A program made the position numbers and the translations under genes. Below are positions 8,289-16,856 of a DNA stretch of 64,000 nt, piece by piece (position 1 is the first letter of the stretch; each line of letters starts with the position of its first letter). Source of the DNA: a virus; the IMG/VR virus record IMGVR_UViG_3300045921_000191, positions 1 through 64,000 of that record. One strand, 5' to 3'. The notes below the pieces were generated by a model. That model was not told the DNA's origin, made no database searches, and saw only the letters and a list, made by a program, of their open reading frames with translations.

Positions 8289-9266
8289 ATGAAAAATAAA
8301 CTAACACTACTAATTATGTCCTTGATGCTCGCGGGTTGTGGTGACACTACCTATGTAGATACTCATGGCGACCGTATTGATGATTTGGAGCGTCGTGCAG
8401 ATCTTAACGACGCAATTAACGAACTTCAAAACCAGCTAATTCAAGCAAACAATGAAGCTATCGCACAAGAAGTCTCTGCTAGAATTGCTGGCGATAATTT
8501 GTTGACGGCCTTGATCGATCAAGAGAATGCTGCTCGAATTGCTGAAGACTTTGAACTTGCTAGCTCCCTTGCAGCTTCAATTGCCGCACAATCGGTGGTT
8601 AACGTGTTGGTTCAAATTCAAATTGCCAGCATCAAAAGCCGCTTTCCTGCAATTAACTCGACTTTGAACAGTTTGCAAGCACAGATCAACAATACAAACG
8701 CAAACCTGAATGCCTTGGAAGTGCAAATTAACTCCCTTAGCGCTAGTTTGACTAATTTGCAATTGCAACAAAACGCGCTTAGTGGCGATCTGGGCTTGCT
8801 TCAAGCCCAAGTTGCTGACTTGATTTTGCAAGTCAATGCACGAGGCGTGACTGTGTACGCTTGCAAACGTCCTGATAACTCGCTCTCGAAAGAACGCTTG
8901 TTCAAGATAGGTGATAAATTTTACGGAGCAATGAATTACGTTTCTACCGCATCGCAGCAAGTTATCACTGGCTCGTCTTCGGTAACGGTTAGCATTCCCA
9001 AGCTTTGCAGGAATAAAAACAATCACGACAAAACTAAACTGCCTAACAACGGTGGTCAGTGTACTCCTGCAAACGCCTGGGAAGTGGTTCCTGGCTCTGG
9101 CACGACTCAAACGATCCCTGCCTATACCACAGGCTCAACAACTGTAGTTACTAGCGTGCAAATTGCTCTTGAGGAATTGCTCTCTGGCTCTAATTACACC
9201 ACTACTGATGGTTCGGCGGCTTGTACCTTCAACGGCAACGGCACCAACTTGGTTCCCGTACAATAA
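8289..9266 (+). CDS. lipoprotein with long coiled coil and Cys-containing C-terminal domain
   Basis: Lipobox LAGC; E..ARIA.D..L fibre-type repeats; heptad repeats. Confidence 0.75.
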   Translation: MKNKLTLLIMSLMLAGCGDTTYVDTHGDRIDDLERRADLNDAINELQNQLIQANNEAIAQEVSARIAGDNLLTALIDQENAARIAEDFELASSLAASIAAQSVVNVLVQIQIASIKSRFPAINSTLNSLQAQINNTNANLNALEVQINSLSASLTNLQLQQNALSGDLGLLQAQVADLILQVNARGVTVYACKRPDNSLSKERLFKIGDKFYGAMNYVSTASQQVITGSSSVTVSIPKLCRNKNNHDKTKLPNNGGQCTPANAWEVVPGSGTTQTIPAYTTGSTTVVTSVQIALEELLSGSNYTTTDGSAACTFNGNGTNLVPVQ

Positions 9267-9277
9267 AGGAGATGACA

Positions 9278-9721
9278 ATGAAAAAGCTTATTACATTCGC
9301 AACTCTAGCTCTTAGTTTAAACGCCTTCGCAGTAGGGCCTGCGCCAAAAGCCCTCCAAGGTGGGAAGATCACTGTTACTACGGCAGACGGTAAGGTTTAT
9401 ACCTTCTCTTCTAATGAATACGCAGTAGTTAAACGCGGCACTGGCGACAAGGTTTTAACCTTGGCGGAAGGTAAAAGACTTTATCAAAGTGGGAAGTCTC
9501 AAGCCGAAGCAGAAGCTCCTAAAAATAGAATCACTGTTCATGGTGGTGTAGGATTTGATGGTAATAACGTCAAGTCTGATAACAACCAAACTACAGTTTC
9601 TGACAAACGCTCTCCCGTATTTGGAATGAGTTATAGCCGTAAAGTAAACAAAGACGTTTCCATTAGCGGCTCGGCTCTTACTAACTCTACTTTCCTTTTG
9701 GGAGTCGGAAAGGACTTCTAA
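9278..9721 (+). CDS. exported protein with C-terminal outer-membrane beta-strands
   Basis: Signal peptide MKKLITFATLALSLNAFA; about four amphipathic strands ending LLGVGKDF; start at 9278 behind AAGGAG. Confidence 0.65.
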   Translation: MKKLITFATLALSLNAFAVGPAPKALQGGKITVTTADGKVYTFSSNEYAVVKRGTGDKVLTLAEGKRLYQSGKSQAEAEAPKNRITVHGGVGFDGNNVKSDNNQTTVSDKRSPVFGMSYSRKVNKDVSISGSALTNSTFLLGVGKDF

Positions 9722-9952
9722 ATGAGAGTGAGGAAGTTCAAACAAGGAGCTGTGATCCGAAGCATGAGAGAGTTACAAGAAGCTTTCGAAGCCCAAGATC
9801 ACATCTTCTGGGACTCTAGACCTACGCATCGAGCATGGATGATGTCGATGCACTACCACACTCTGCTGATCTACGTTAGGGGGCACCTTCATAGGGCAGA
9901 ACTAACTGATGAATGGGAGGCCATAGATTATGAAACACGTAAAGTCATCTGA
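9722..9952 (+). CDS. hypothetical protein
   Basis: TAAATG coupling. Confidence 0.6.
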   Translation: MRVRKFKQGAVIRSMRELQEAFEAQDHIFWDSRPTHRAWMMSMHYHTLLIYVRGHLHRAELTDEWEAIDYETRKVI

Positions 9953-10155
9953 TCCTAGGAAAAAAACGTATAACGGACGCTCTCAAAAAGCTAACTGGGG
10001 CTAACAAAGTGACCCTGGTAGTTGATAATGAGAATGGAACGTTCTCTGGACATTGCCTAAAAGGTGGGCGTCACGGTTACGACAGTCTGGGAACACATAG
10101 CGTTAGCATTGACTTCTCAAATGCTGAGCTGGAAAGTCTACGGAATCTAAAATGA
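9930..10155 (+). pseudogene. small gene frameshifted in an A7 run
   Basis: RBS GGGAGG; MKHVKSSDPRKK joins RITDALKKLTG...LRNLK* if the A-run at 9960-9966 is A6; ATGA overlap with the next gene. Confidence 0.55.
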
Positions 10156-10367
10156 AACCCTCAGAAGCTCATCTTAAAGCTAAACGCCAAATAGTAGAGG
10201 CTTTGGATCGTAGAATTACTGAGCTTGGAAAGCAAGTCAAAGTACTAGCTCTAGCCGATATGCGTAATAACTTCTACTGGGAAATGCACTCTAGACTGGA
10301 GGAGCTAGAGACGTTTCGTGATTATGTCCGTAATCATATTTTGTGGAATCTAAAGGATGGGGAATAA
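10152..10367 (+). CDS. hypothetical protein
   Basis: ORF in operon. Confidence 0.6.
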   Translation: MKPSEAHLKAKRQIVEALDRRITELGKQVKVLALADMRNNFYWEMHSRLEELETFRDYVRNHILWNLKDGE

Positions 10368-10368
10368 T

Positions 10369-10567
10369 ATGAAAGCTCTGGAATTTTTGTTTACGGTCTT
10401 GTTTGTGCTAACTGTTAATATCGTATTATCTGCTTTTTGTTAAACTAGGTTGGAATTTATTCGCAGTGCCTATGTTTGGCGCTCCCTCAATGGGTTGGAT
10501 GGCGGCATTTGGCTTTGGCATTCTCACTAACGCTTTTAGACAAAACGTTAAGGTGCAAAAGGACTAA
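10369..10567 (+). pseudogene. small membrane-protein gene frameshifted in a T5 run
   Basis: MKALEFLFTVLFVLTVNIVLSAF continues as VKLGWNLFAVPMFGAPSMGWMAAFGFGIL...KD* after a 1-nt shift at about 10434-10438. Confidence 0.55.
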
Positions 10568-10863
10568 GAACGATCTTCCAAATATTGCCGAAGCTCAGCA
10601 ATGAATGCTGGGCCTTTCTCTTTCAGTAAGGTAATAGCTGTTTTATTCTCTTTGTGTGGGATTGGTTTAGTTATAAACTCCAAAGTCTCTTGGAGAGTGA
10701 ATCCGAATTCCAGTTTATTTCCATAAGCAAGGAAATGAACCAATTCAATTAAGTCTTTTTCAAATCGGGACAGTTTTACAGCAGACGAAGGTCTTTTAGG
10801 ACTAACCGCATTTGATTGTCCACGTTCGATAGAACTTTTTGGCCTTGTTCGTCTTTTGTGCAT
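10564..10863 (-). CDS. hypothetical protein
   Basis: Last ORF of the minus-strand operon; start uncertain. Confidence 0.55.
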   Translation of the reverse strand: MHKRRTRPKSSIERGQSNAVSPKRPSSAVKLSRFEKDLIELVHFLAYGNKLEFGFTLQETLEFITKPIPHKENKTAITLLKEKGPAFIAELRQYLEDRS

Positions 10864-11123
10864 AACTTTGTCTCCTTGGTGCTATAAAGTGCATTGTTCA
10901 CATCTAACACGTTAATCTCTTTTTTCTTTTGAACATATCCACCGCCAGGACCTTTTTTAGAAGTAATAAGACCTTCCATGCGAAGAAGTCTAGCAATTTG
11001 AGCCATGAAGTAAGAGCTAATCTTATACTCTTTCGCGAGCACGGCTATTCTAACTGGCTCCCCTCTTGACTTCCTAACCGCGTTTAGCAGCAAGATTGCA
11101 TATTGAAACTTAACGTCTAACAT
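10776..11123 (-). CDS. Rrf2-family transcriptional regulator (IscR/CymR-like winged HTH)
   Basis: YAILLL...LAKEYKISSYFMAQIARLLRMEGLITSKKGPGGGY signature; only one Cys. Confidence 0.85.
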   Translation of the reverse strand: MLDVKFQYAILLLNAVRKSRGEPVRIAVLAKEYKISSYFMAQIARLLRMEGLITSKKGPGGGYVQKKKEINVLDVNNALYSTKETKLCTKDEQGQKVLSNVDNQMRLVLKDLRLL

Positions 11124-11125
11124 AA

Positions 11126-11842
11126 TTACTCCTGTAAAACTCCAAATTGTCTCAAAAACAATCGTACATGTGATAAAGGAACATACATTCCTAAATCTGG
11201 CTCTCTAGATCTACTAGACGAAGCCATTCTAGCAACAATTCCTACTAATTCGTTATCTTCATTAAATACTCCAGACCCTGAAGCTCCTGGACGAACTTTA
11301 ATTTTAGCAACAGTGTGTTGCATACTATCTGCGTAATCTTTACCAATCACTTCACCGTATTCAGTAGTACCTTCTTGTCCGAAAGGCGAGCCGTGAGTAT
11401 AAATCTTTTGTTGCGGTTTGGCGGGCTCTTTAGCAAGTTTTACTACAGCTAGATTTTTAGCTTCCAGATGAATAAGGCATAAATCTGAATTTAAAGCTAC
11501 CGAAATAATTTGTCCAACAATAGGCCGCTTATTCATAGGCTTTGCAAATACCAATACAAAACTAGCAACTGGAATTTTCTGATCTTTAAGTTCTTTAGAA
11601 GTTTGTCGAGAGCCATGACATACGTGTTTATTGGTGACGATTAGAGATCCATCAGAATCCGATTTAACAACCACTCCACTGCCTTGGCCATGTCTAGTTA
11701 GTATAGTATAGGTAGCATCTTTGACGTTTTGAAGACCGTTTGCTTTAGCGGCCTCAGAGTATCCTGCTGAGATCATTCCTAGGCCTAAACCTGAAGAGAA
11801 TAATAGAGAAGACGATATTAATATGGATTTTAACTTTTTCAT
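11126..11842 (-). CDS. trypsin-like (S1) serine protease, exported or membrane-anchored
   Basis: VTNKHVC, DLCLI, PGASGSGVF catalytic triad; hydrophobic N-terminus. Confidence 0.85.
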   Translation of the reverse strand: MKKLKSILISSSLLFSSGLGLGMISAGYSEAAKANGLQNVKDATYTILTRHGQGSGVVVKSDSDGSLIVTNKHVCHGSRQTSKELKDQKIPVASFVLVFAKPMNKRPIVGQIISVALNSDLCLIHLEAKNLAVVKLAKEPAKPQQKIYTHGSPFGQEGTTEYGEVIGKDYADSMQHTVAKIKVRPGASGSGVFNEDNELVGIVARMASSSRSREPDLGMYVPLSHVRLFLRQFGVLQE

Positions 11843-11851
11843 TGGTTCCTT

Positions 11852-12094
11852 TTAATTTGCCGTATTCGGATCAGTGTTTGGCGGGGAAGCTGCTGCTGTT
11901 AGCGCTTCTGTAATTCTATTGATGACTTCGATTTGTTCTTCTAAAGATTCAAGAAAGTGCTGCTCGTCGGGAGCGAGAGTACTTATAGCCTGAAGATAAG
12001 CATCGTTCAGATCGTCTAAATACACATATAGAGCTTTCAAACTACCTACGTACAAGTTCTTTTTAACTAACATTAAATTAGATGAATCATTCAT
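11852..12094 (-). CDS. hypothetical protein
   Basis: ORF in operon. Confidence 0.6.
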   Translation of the reverse strand: MNDSSNLMLVKKNLYVGSLKALYVYLDDLNDAYLQAISTLAPDEQHFLESLEEQIEVINRITEALTAAASPPNTDPNTAN

Positions 12095-12099
12095 TAGAG

Positions 12100-12672
12100 C
12101 TATTCCTCTGTTCCTACGACTTTATCTGCTAGACCCAGCGCTACTGCTTGCTTCGCTTCCAAGATAAAATCGGTTCCACATTTCTTTTCCCAGTATGAAG
12201 TGGGCTTTCCAGATTTCTCAGCATAAATTTCATACATACGTTTTCTAATGATTTTAGAATGCTTTGCCCAGGCTTCAAAGTCGCGAGTATTTCCAACATA
12301 TCCATCGCTACCGTCATGAATCATGAAAGTAACTCCTGGATGCAGAATTCGCTCATCTGCGGCTTGAAGTATTACAGTGGCCATGGACATACAATTACCA
12401 TAAACTTCTATAGTAATATGCGCTGGACAAGCCTTAATAGCATCATAAATTGCCATGCCATGAGTCCAATATCCACCAGCAGAGTTAAGAATAAGCCTAA
12501 TCTCTTTACCAGCATCAGCAGTAACAAATAGGTGCAACGCCTTAATGACCCTTTCGGCCATCAAAGCGTCAACACCATCTTCAGACGCGTCTCCGACAAA
12601 GATTGTGCGCGTTTCCGTATGCAAATCATAGTCAAAGAATCTATCAATTGAATCTTTAGGAAGACGCGCCAT
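12100..12672 (-). CDS. clpP: ClpP-family protease subunit
   Basis: LNSAGG, AIYDAIK, CMSMA (Ser), FMIHD (His), D..L.AKQAVALGLADKV. Confidence 0.85.
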   Translation of the reverse strand: MARLPKDSIDRFFDYDLHTETRTIFVGDASEDGVDALMAERVIKALHLFVTADAGKEIRLILNSAGGYWTHGMAIYDAIKACPAHITIEVYGNCMSMATVILQAADERILHPGVTFMIHDGSDGYVGNTRDFEAWAKHSKIIRKRMYEIYAEKSGKPTSYWEKKCGTDFILEAKQAVALGLADKVVGTEE

Positions 12673-12686
12673 TTTGAACCCCGTTC

Positions 12687-13241
12687 TTATGCTTCTTGAC
12701 CTTGATCAACTTCTTCAGTTTTAGATTTAGATTTCTCAGCAGCTTCTCTAGCAAGCTTGGCTTGAAGAGCTTGAACAGCGCTTTCGCCTTCGCGGAAGAC
12801 TTTAATGACTTGAACAAAAAAGTTAACGGTTTTGCTAGCAAGTTCAGGAGAATAATTTTCAGGGAAAGTGATTTTAAGATTAGCAGTTTCTCCAGCTTTC
12901 AATCCGATAAGTTGTTCTTCAAATCCAGGAACAAAACCGTTGGAACCAATCTCAACTGCTGCACCAAAATCAGTGCCGCCTTTGAAAGTTTCACCAAGAG
13001 TACCATCCTCGTTAACCAATTGGCCAAGATAGTCCACCAAAACAGTGTCACCTTTAGCCGCTGCTTCAGAAGTTTCAGAAGCGCGAAGAGTATTAGCAAT
13101 GCCCTGAATTGTATGAGAAAGTTGACGAACATTCTGAATAGCTTGCATCGCAGTATTAACTGCGAATTGAGCACGACCTTGAATATTATCTTGCACTTCT
13201 CGTTTAGTCATTGCCTGTTTGTTTTTGTTAAATCCGCTCAT
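12687..13241 (-). CDS. FKBP-type PPIase domain of trigger-factor type
   Basis: GDTVLVDYLG..F.GG..IGSNGFVPGFEEQLIGLKAGE...ITFPENY..ELA. Confidence 0.85.
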   Translation of the reverse strand: MSGFNKNKQAMTKREVQDNIQGRAQFAVNTAMQAIQNVRQLSHTIQGIANTLRASETSEAAAKGDTVLVDYLGQLVNEDGTLGETFKGGTDFGAAVEIGSNGFVPGFEEQLIGLKAGETANLKITFPENYSPELASKTVNFFVQVIKVFREGESAVQALQAKLAREAAEKSKSKTEEVDQGQEA

Positions 13242-13253
13242 TATTATCTCCTT

Positions 13254-13793
13254 TTATTCTTGAACTTCAATGTCTTCTTTAGGGACGTTAAATTGATAAC
13301 CTTCTTTAGTACGAAGGTTTACAAAACCATCTGGACGAACCATATTAACCAAAACTTCCATACCTGAAAAGGCTTTGGATTTTTGAGAAGGATGAATATT
13401 CTCGGTGTGAAGCAAAGTTGCTTTGCGGCCTGCAAGAGCATTGATCTGTCCCATAGGAATCTCATCATTAGATGGGCCAAACTTTACTTTTTCAGATAAC
13501 TTATTATCGCCTTTTTGAACCGTTGCGGCTCCGTTTGAACGTTTTTTAACAGTTTCTGATAATTGTTTAAGAATTTGAATATCTTCGCTATTAAGAGCTT
13601 CGGCTTGTTCTGGAATCTGATCCAAGTTCTCGGCACGCTTTGTGCAATAATCTTTAAGTTCTTGAACAATTTGCTCTTGAACGTCTTTAGGAAACCTATT
13701 CCCCCTACCAAAAGAAATTGATACAGCTAAGAACGCGTTTTTTAATGCCAATTCTCGTTGCAATTCCTTAATTTTAGCATCTAAAGACATCAA
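13254..13793 (-). CDS. hypothetical protein
   Basis: ORF with GAGAGG RBS. Confidence 0.65.
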   Translation of the reverse strand: MMSLDAKIKELQRELALKNAFLAVSISFGRGNRFPKDVQEQIVQELKDYCTKRAENLDQIPEQAEALNSEDIQILKQLSETVKKRSNGAATVQKGDNKLSEKVKFGPSNDEIPMGQINALAGRKATLLHTENIHPSQKSKAFSGMEVLVNMVRPDGFVNLRTKEGYQFNVPKEDIEVQE

Positions 13794-13815
13794 GACCTCT
13801 CTTTCTTAGAATTTA

Positions 13816-13886
13816 AGCATAACATGGGATACCTGATAGATCAAGTATATTTTTAACTTGACAATTTGAGTCAAGTATAGTATGCT
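13816..13886. promoter_or_regulatory. divergent sigma70 promoters with TTGAC-N7-GTCAA palindrome
   Basis: + strand TTGACA(13858)-N17-TATGCT; - strand TTGATC-N17-TATGCT; palindrome at 13858-13874. Confidence 0.7.
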
Positions 13887-13894
13887 GTAAAGGT

Positions 13895-14374
13895 ATGTTT
13901 AAGAATTTAATCTTAGTCCTACTGACTACTTTTTCGACAGTTGCTTTTGCGCAAAAAACTTTCAACCTAAAATATGGGGTTGGAGTAATGCAGAGTGTTA
14001 ACAGTCAGGTCGTATCTATTGCAATTCAAAAACAACTCAAAGATAGCTACGCGCATCAATTAGAATGCGGTGCTTGGTTTGACCCTCAAGAAGAAAAGAA
14101 TCGACGATCTAGTGGATTTTGCTCTTATTCTTTGGGACTCCGAGTCATTTTGCCCAACTTTTATATGGAGAGCATGCACGGTATTGGAGGAATCTCACAC
14201 CCTGATTCCCTCCTAGGCGGTCGCTTTCAGTTCTTTCATAACTTTGGTCTAGGAATTAAGGACCGATCAGGAAACGCTTTGGGAGTAGTGTTTAAGCACG
14301 TTAGCAGCGCAGGTATTGAAAAGCCTAACATGGGACGGAACTTTGCGGCAGCAAAGCTTTCCTTTGGATTTTAA
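13895..14374 (+). CDS. PagL-like lipid A 3-O-deacylase (outer-membrane beta-barrel)
   Basis: Signal peptide; LGGRFQF...KHVSSAGIEKPNMGRN matches PagL HxSNAGxxxPNxG; C-terminal Phe. Confidence 0.75.
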   Translation: MFKNLILVLLTTFSTVAFAQKTFNLKYGVGVMQSVNSQVVSIAIQKQLKDSYAHQLECGAWFDPQEEKNRRSSGFCSYSLGLRVILPNFYMESMHGIGGISHPDSLLGGRFQFFHNFGLGIKDRSGNALGVVFKHVSSAGIEKPNMGRNFAAAKLSFGF

Positions 14375-14408
14375 GAATATGAGTTTAATGATTAGAAAGG
14401 AAGACTAA

Positions 14409-15542
14409 ATGTTTAAGTTACCAACTCTTTACAAAAAGAACAATCGCGGCTCTATTCAAGAGTGGACTATCTCTTGGGGCCGTAATTACGAAGGTCACGG
14501 CGTAATTCATACCCGATACGGCCAACTTGATGGCGCAATGCAAGAAGCTAGCGACGTGATCTCAGAAGGTAAAAACGTAGGTAAAAAGAACGAAACTTCT
14601 CCAGTTATGCAAGCCAAGTTTGAGGCCGAATCCAAATGGGAAAAGCAAAAGAAAAAAGGCTATGTTGAGAAGCTAGAAGATGCTACCGATGGCGTTGTAG
14701 ACGAGATTATTGAAGGTGGAACGGAGCCAATGCTCGCTCAAAGCTTTGATAAGCACGGCCATAAGATTTTGTTCCCTTGCTTTGCTCAGCCTAAACTTGA
14801 CGGCATTCGTTGCATTGCTATGATCAATCGCGGGCAAGTTTCTCTTTGGACTCGTACTCGCAAGCGCATCACCTCGATGCCGCACATTGAAGCGTCCCTT
14901 TCCAAGATGTTCCCTGATTCAACAATCAATCTGGACGGCGAGCTTTACAATCATGATTACAAAAAGGACTTTGAAAAGATCGCATCTGCGGTCAGAAAAG
15001 AAAACCCTGAACCAGGACACGAAGTCGTTCAATACCATATCTATGATATGGTTGATGCGACTTTGGACTTCAATGCTCGCTTTTTTAAAGCTAAAAAGCT
15101 GTGCCGAGTCAATTCGTTGAATGTTAGATTTGTGGAAACTTCTGAAGTAGCTAACTCCATTGTTGCAGCAGAATTTACAGACTCTATGATTGCTCAGGGT
15201 TTTGAAGGCGCTATGCTTCGTAATAAGCTAGGTGTGTACGAATCAAAACGTTCGTACAATCTTCAAAAGGTCAAACGCTTTGACGATGGTGAGTTTAGGA
15301 TTGTTGGAATTACTGAAGGTCGAGGCAAGTTGCGAGGCCACGTTGGAGCCTTCATCTGTCTTACTGAAGACGGCACTGAGTTTGAAGCGAAGCTAGAAGG
15401 GCACCTTTCCCAGCTTAAAGCTTATTTTGACCGCCACGAGCTTTGGGAGGGTAAAAAGTTAACCGTAAGATACCAAGGCCTTACAAACAAAAACAATGTT
15501 CCAAGGTTTCCAGTTGGAGTCGTAGTGAGGGATTATGAATAG
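14409..15542 (+). CDS. ATP-dependent DNA ligase with WGR-like N-terminal domain
   Basis: QPKLDGIRC, LDGELY, FEGAMLR, LQKVK, PRFPV motifs. Confidence 0.9.
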   Translation: MFKLPTLYKKNNRGSIQEWTISWGRNYEGHGVIHTRYGQLDGAMQEASDVISEGKNVGKKNETSPVMQAKFEAESKWEKQKKKGYVEKLEDATDGVVDEIIEGGTEPMLAQSFDKHGHKILFPCFAQPKLDGIRCIAMINRGQVSLWTRTRKRITSMPHIEASLSKMFPDSTINLDGELYNHDYKKDFEKIASAVRKENPEPGHEVVQYHIYDMVDATLDFNARFFKAKKLCRVNSLNVRFVETSEVANSIVAAEFTDSMIAQGFEGAMLRNKLGVYESKRSYNLQKVKRFDDGEFRIVGITEGRGKLRGHVGAFICLTEDGTEFEAKLEGHLSQLKAYFDRHELWEGKKLTVRYQGLTNKNNVPRFPVGVVVRDYE

Positions 15543-15741
15543 CTATTTGATTGTAGAGCAAGTAACGCACCACAATCCTGTAAAAACAACTTTTGATGAT
15601 CTAAAAACAGCGTTGAAATATTATTTTTCGTCCATTTATCCTAAAAAGTTCTTTAAACTCAAAGAGGACGGATCTGAAGAGGTAGCTTTTGAAATGGAAT
15701 TGCCAGTTTTAAAGCAATACAAGGACAAATTAGGTGTCTAA
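15535..15741 (+). CDS. hypothetical protein
   Basis: Overlapping start with RBS GAGG. Confidence 0.55.
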   Translation: MNSYLIVEQVTHHNPVKTTFDDLKTALKYYFSSIYPKKFFKLKEDGSEEVAFEMELPVLKQYKDKLGV

Positions 15742-15786
15742 ATCTCGATGGTTACGAAGTATTCACGCCTCTTAAAGAAATTGAGC

Positions 15787-16626
15787 CTACTCTCGACGAG
15801 CTAATCGAATCATCTCAGGAGTAGCTTTTTTGAGAGTGCAGCGGCAATTTGGATGCGTTGCTCCTATCACAGCCTTCCATTGAGACTTTGGTCTACCAAC
15901 GTTTGAACCGTTTTGTTCCAATTCCTTAAGAGTGAATAACCTAGGGCTACCATCAGGATTGGTATACAATCGTTTACATTCGGGCGATAATCTGTTATCC
16001 CAAACTACCTGCTTAAAGACCTTTTCGTCCTCGGAAGTCTTACTTTCGAATCCAGCTAGCATTCGTAGTTCATCCACTACCGAGCTATTAATAGCGTTTG
16101 TTACGGCAGTCACGAACTCTTTTTTAAACGCTGCAGCAACGGCACCAACTGAAACGATGCTATCTAAACGGCCCATAAGACCTAGCAAGGCCTCTTCTTT
16201 TTGATTTTTACGCTCAACTGCGCGCTGTTCTTTGTGAGCCAAATTAGCAGTCAGAATCTCTTGTTTAACGCGTTTACGAAGGTCCTGCTTTGCGTTTTCA
16301 ACTAGCTCTTGAACTTGCACCTTAGCGTGATCGATTGTGTATTGGGATTCATCGTTTATGATTGGCAGGTGTCCCATTGAAAGAATAGACATCATAACGT
16401 CAGAAAGGGCTTGATTTTGATAAGTTCCAGGCTCAGTGCGTTGTCTAGCCAGGATGTAAAGAAGCTCAATCAGGGGCCGTCTACCGACAATAATGCCTAA
16501 AGAAGCTAGTTTCATCTTTTGCTCATCGCTTAAAAAATCTTCACCAACTAATGAGAAAGCAAAGCCTAGATAGGCTTTGTCGATTATCTCATCTATTCTG
16601 GCTAAAGATCTTTGCGAAATGAGCAT
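15787..16626 (-). CDS. Mu gpF-like head morphogenesis/minor capsid protein
   Basis: C-terminal THPNCRC; downstream of portal. Confidence 0.75.
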   Translation of the reverse strand: MLISQRSLARIDEIIDKAYLGFAFSLVGEDFLSDEQKMKLASLGIIVGRRPLIELLYILARQRTEPGTYQNQALSDVMMSILSMGHLPIINDESQYTIDHAKVQVQELVENAKQDLRKRVKQEILTANLAHKEQRAVERKNQKEEALLGLMGRLDSIVSVGAVAAAFKKEFVTAVTNAINSSVVDELRMLAGFESKTSEDEKVFKQVVWDNRLSPECKRLYTNPDGSPRLFTLKELEQNGSNVGRPKSQWKAVIGATHPNCRCTLKKATPEMIRLARRE

Positions 16627-16856
16627 TACAGCACGCTGTTCTTTACTTCGTTTTTGATATCTTCTAGAAGGTTTTGAATAAGGGTTTGATGCTGTGCATC
16701 AACATCTCGAACCAGATCTTCAAATACTTGATCGGCGTAAGTCTCTGGCTTAGGTTCTTTTTTCTTAGCTTTAAGAGCTTTCTCAAGAAACTCGTCTGCT
16801 TGTTCTTCAGTCTCGCCCTTTTCTAGCTCAACTTTAATCTTCATTATCTTCGTCAT
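16626..16856 (-). CDS. hypothetical protein
   Basis: Coupled ORF between portal and gpF. Confidence 0.6.
   Translation of the reverse strand: MTKIMKIKVELEKGETEEQADEFLEKALKAKKKEPKPETYADQVFEDLVRDVDAQHQTLIQNLLEDIKNEVKNSVL

Noticed and set aside
12696-13367. 223-aa + strand ORF and the many other antisense ORFs in the track (e.g. 8577-9110, 39370-39738, 53419-53787)
   Set aside because: Shadows of well-supported genes on the opposite strand, with no RBS or motifs
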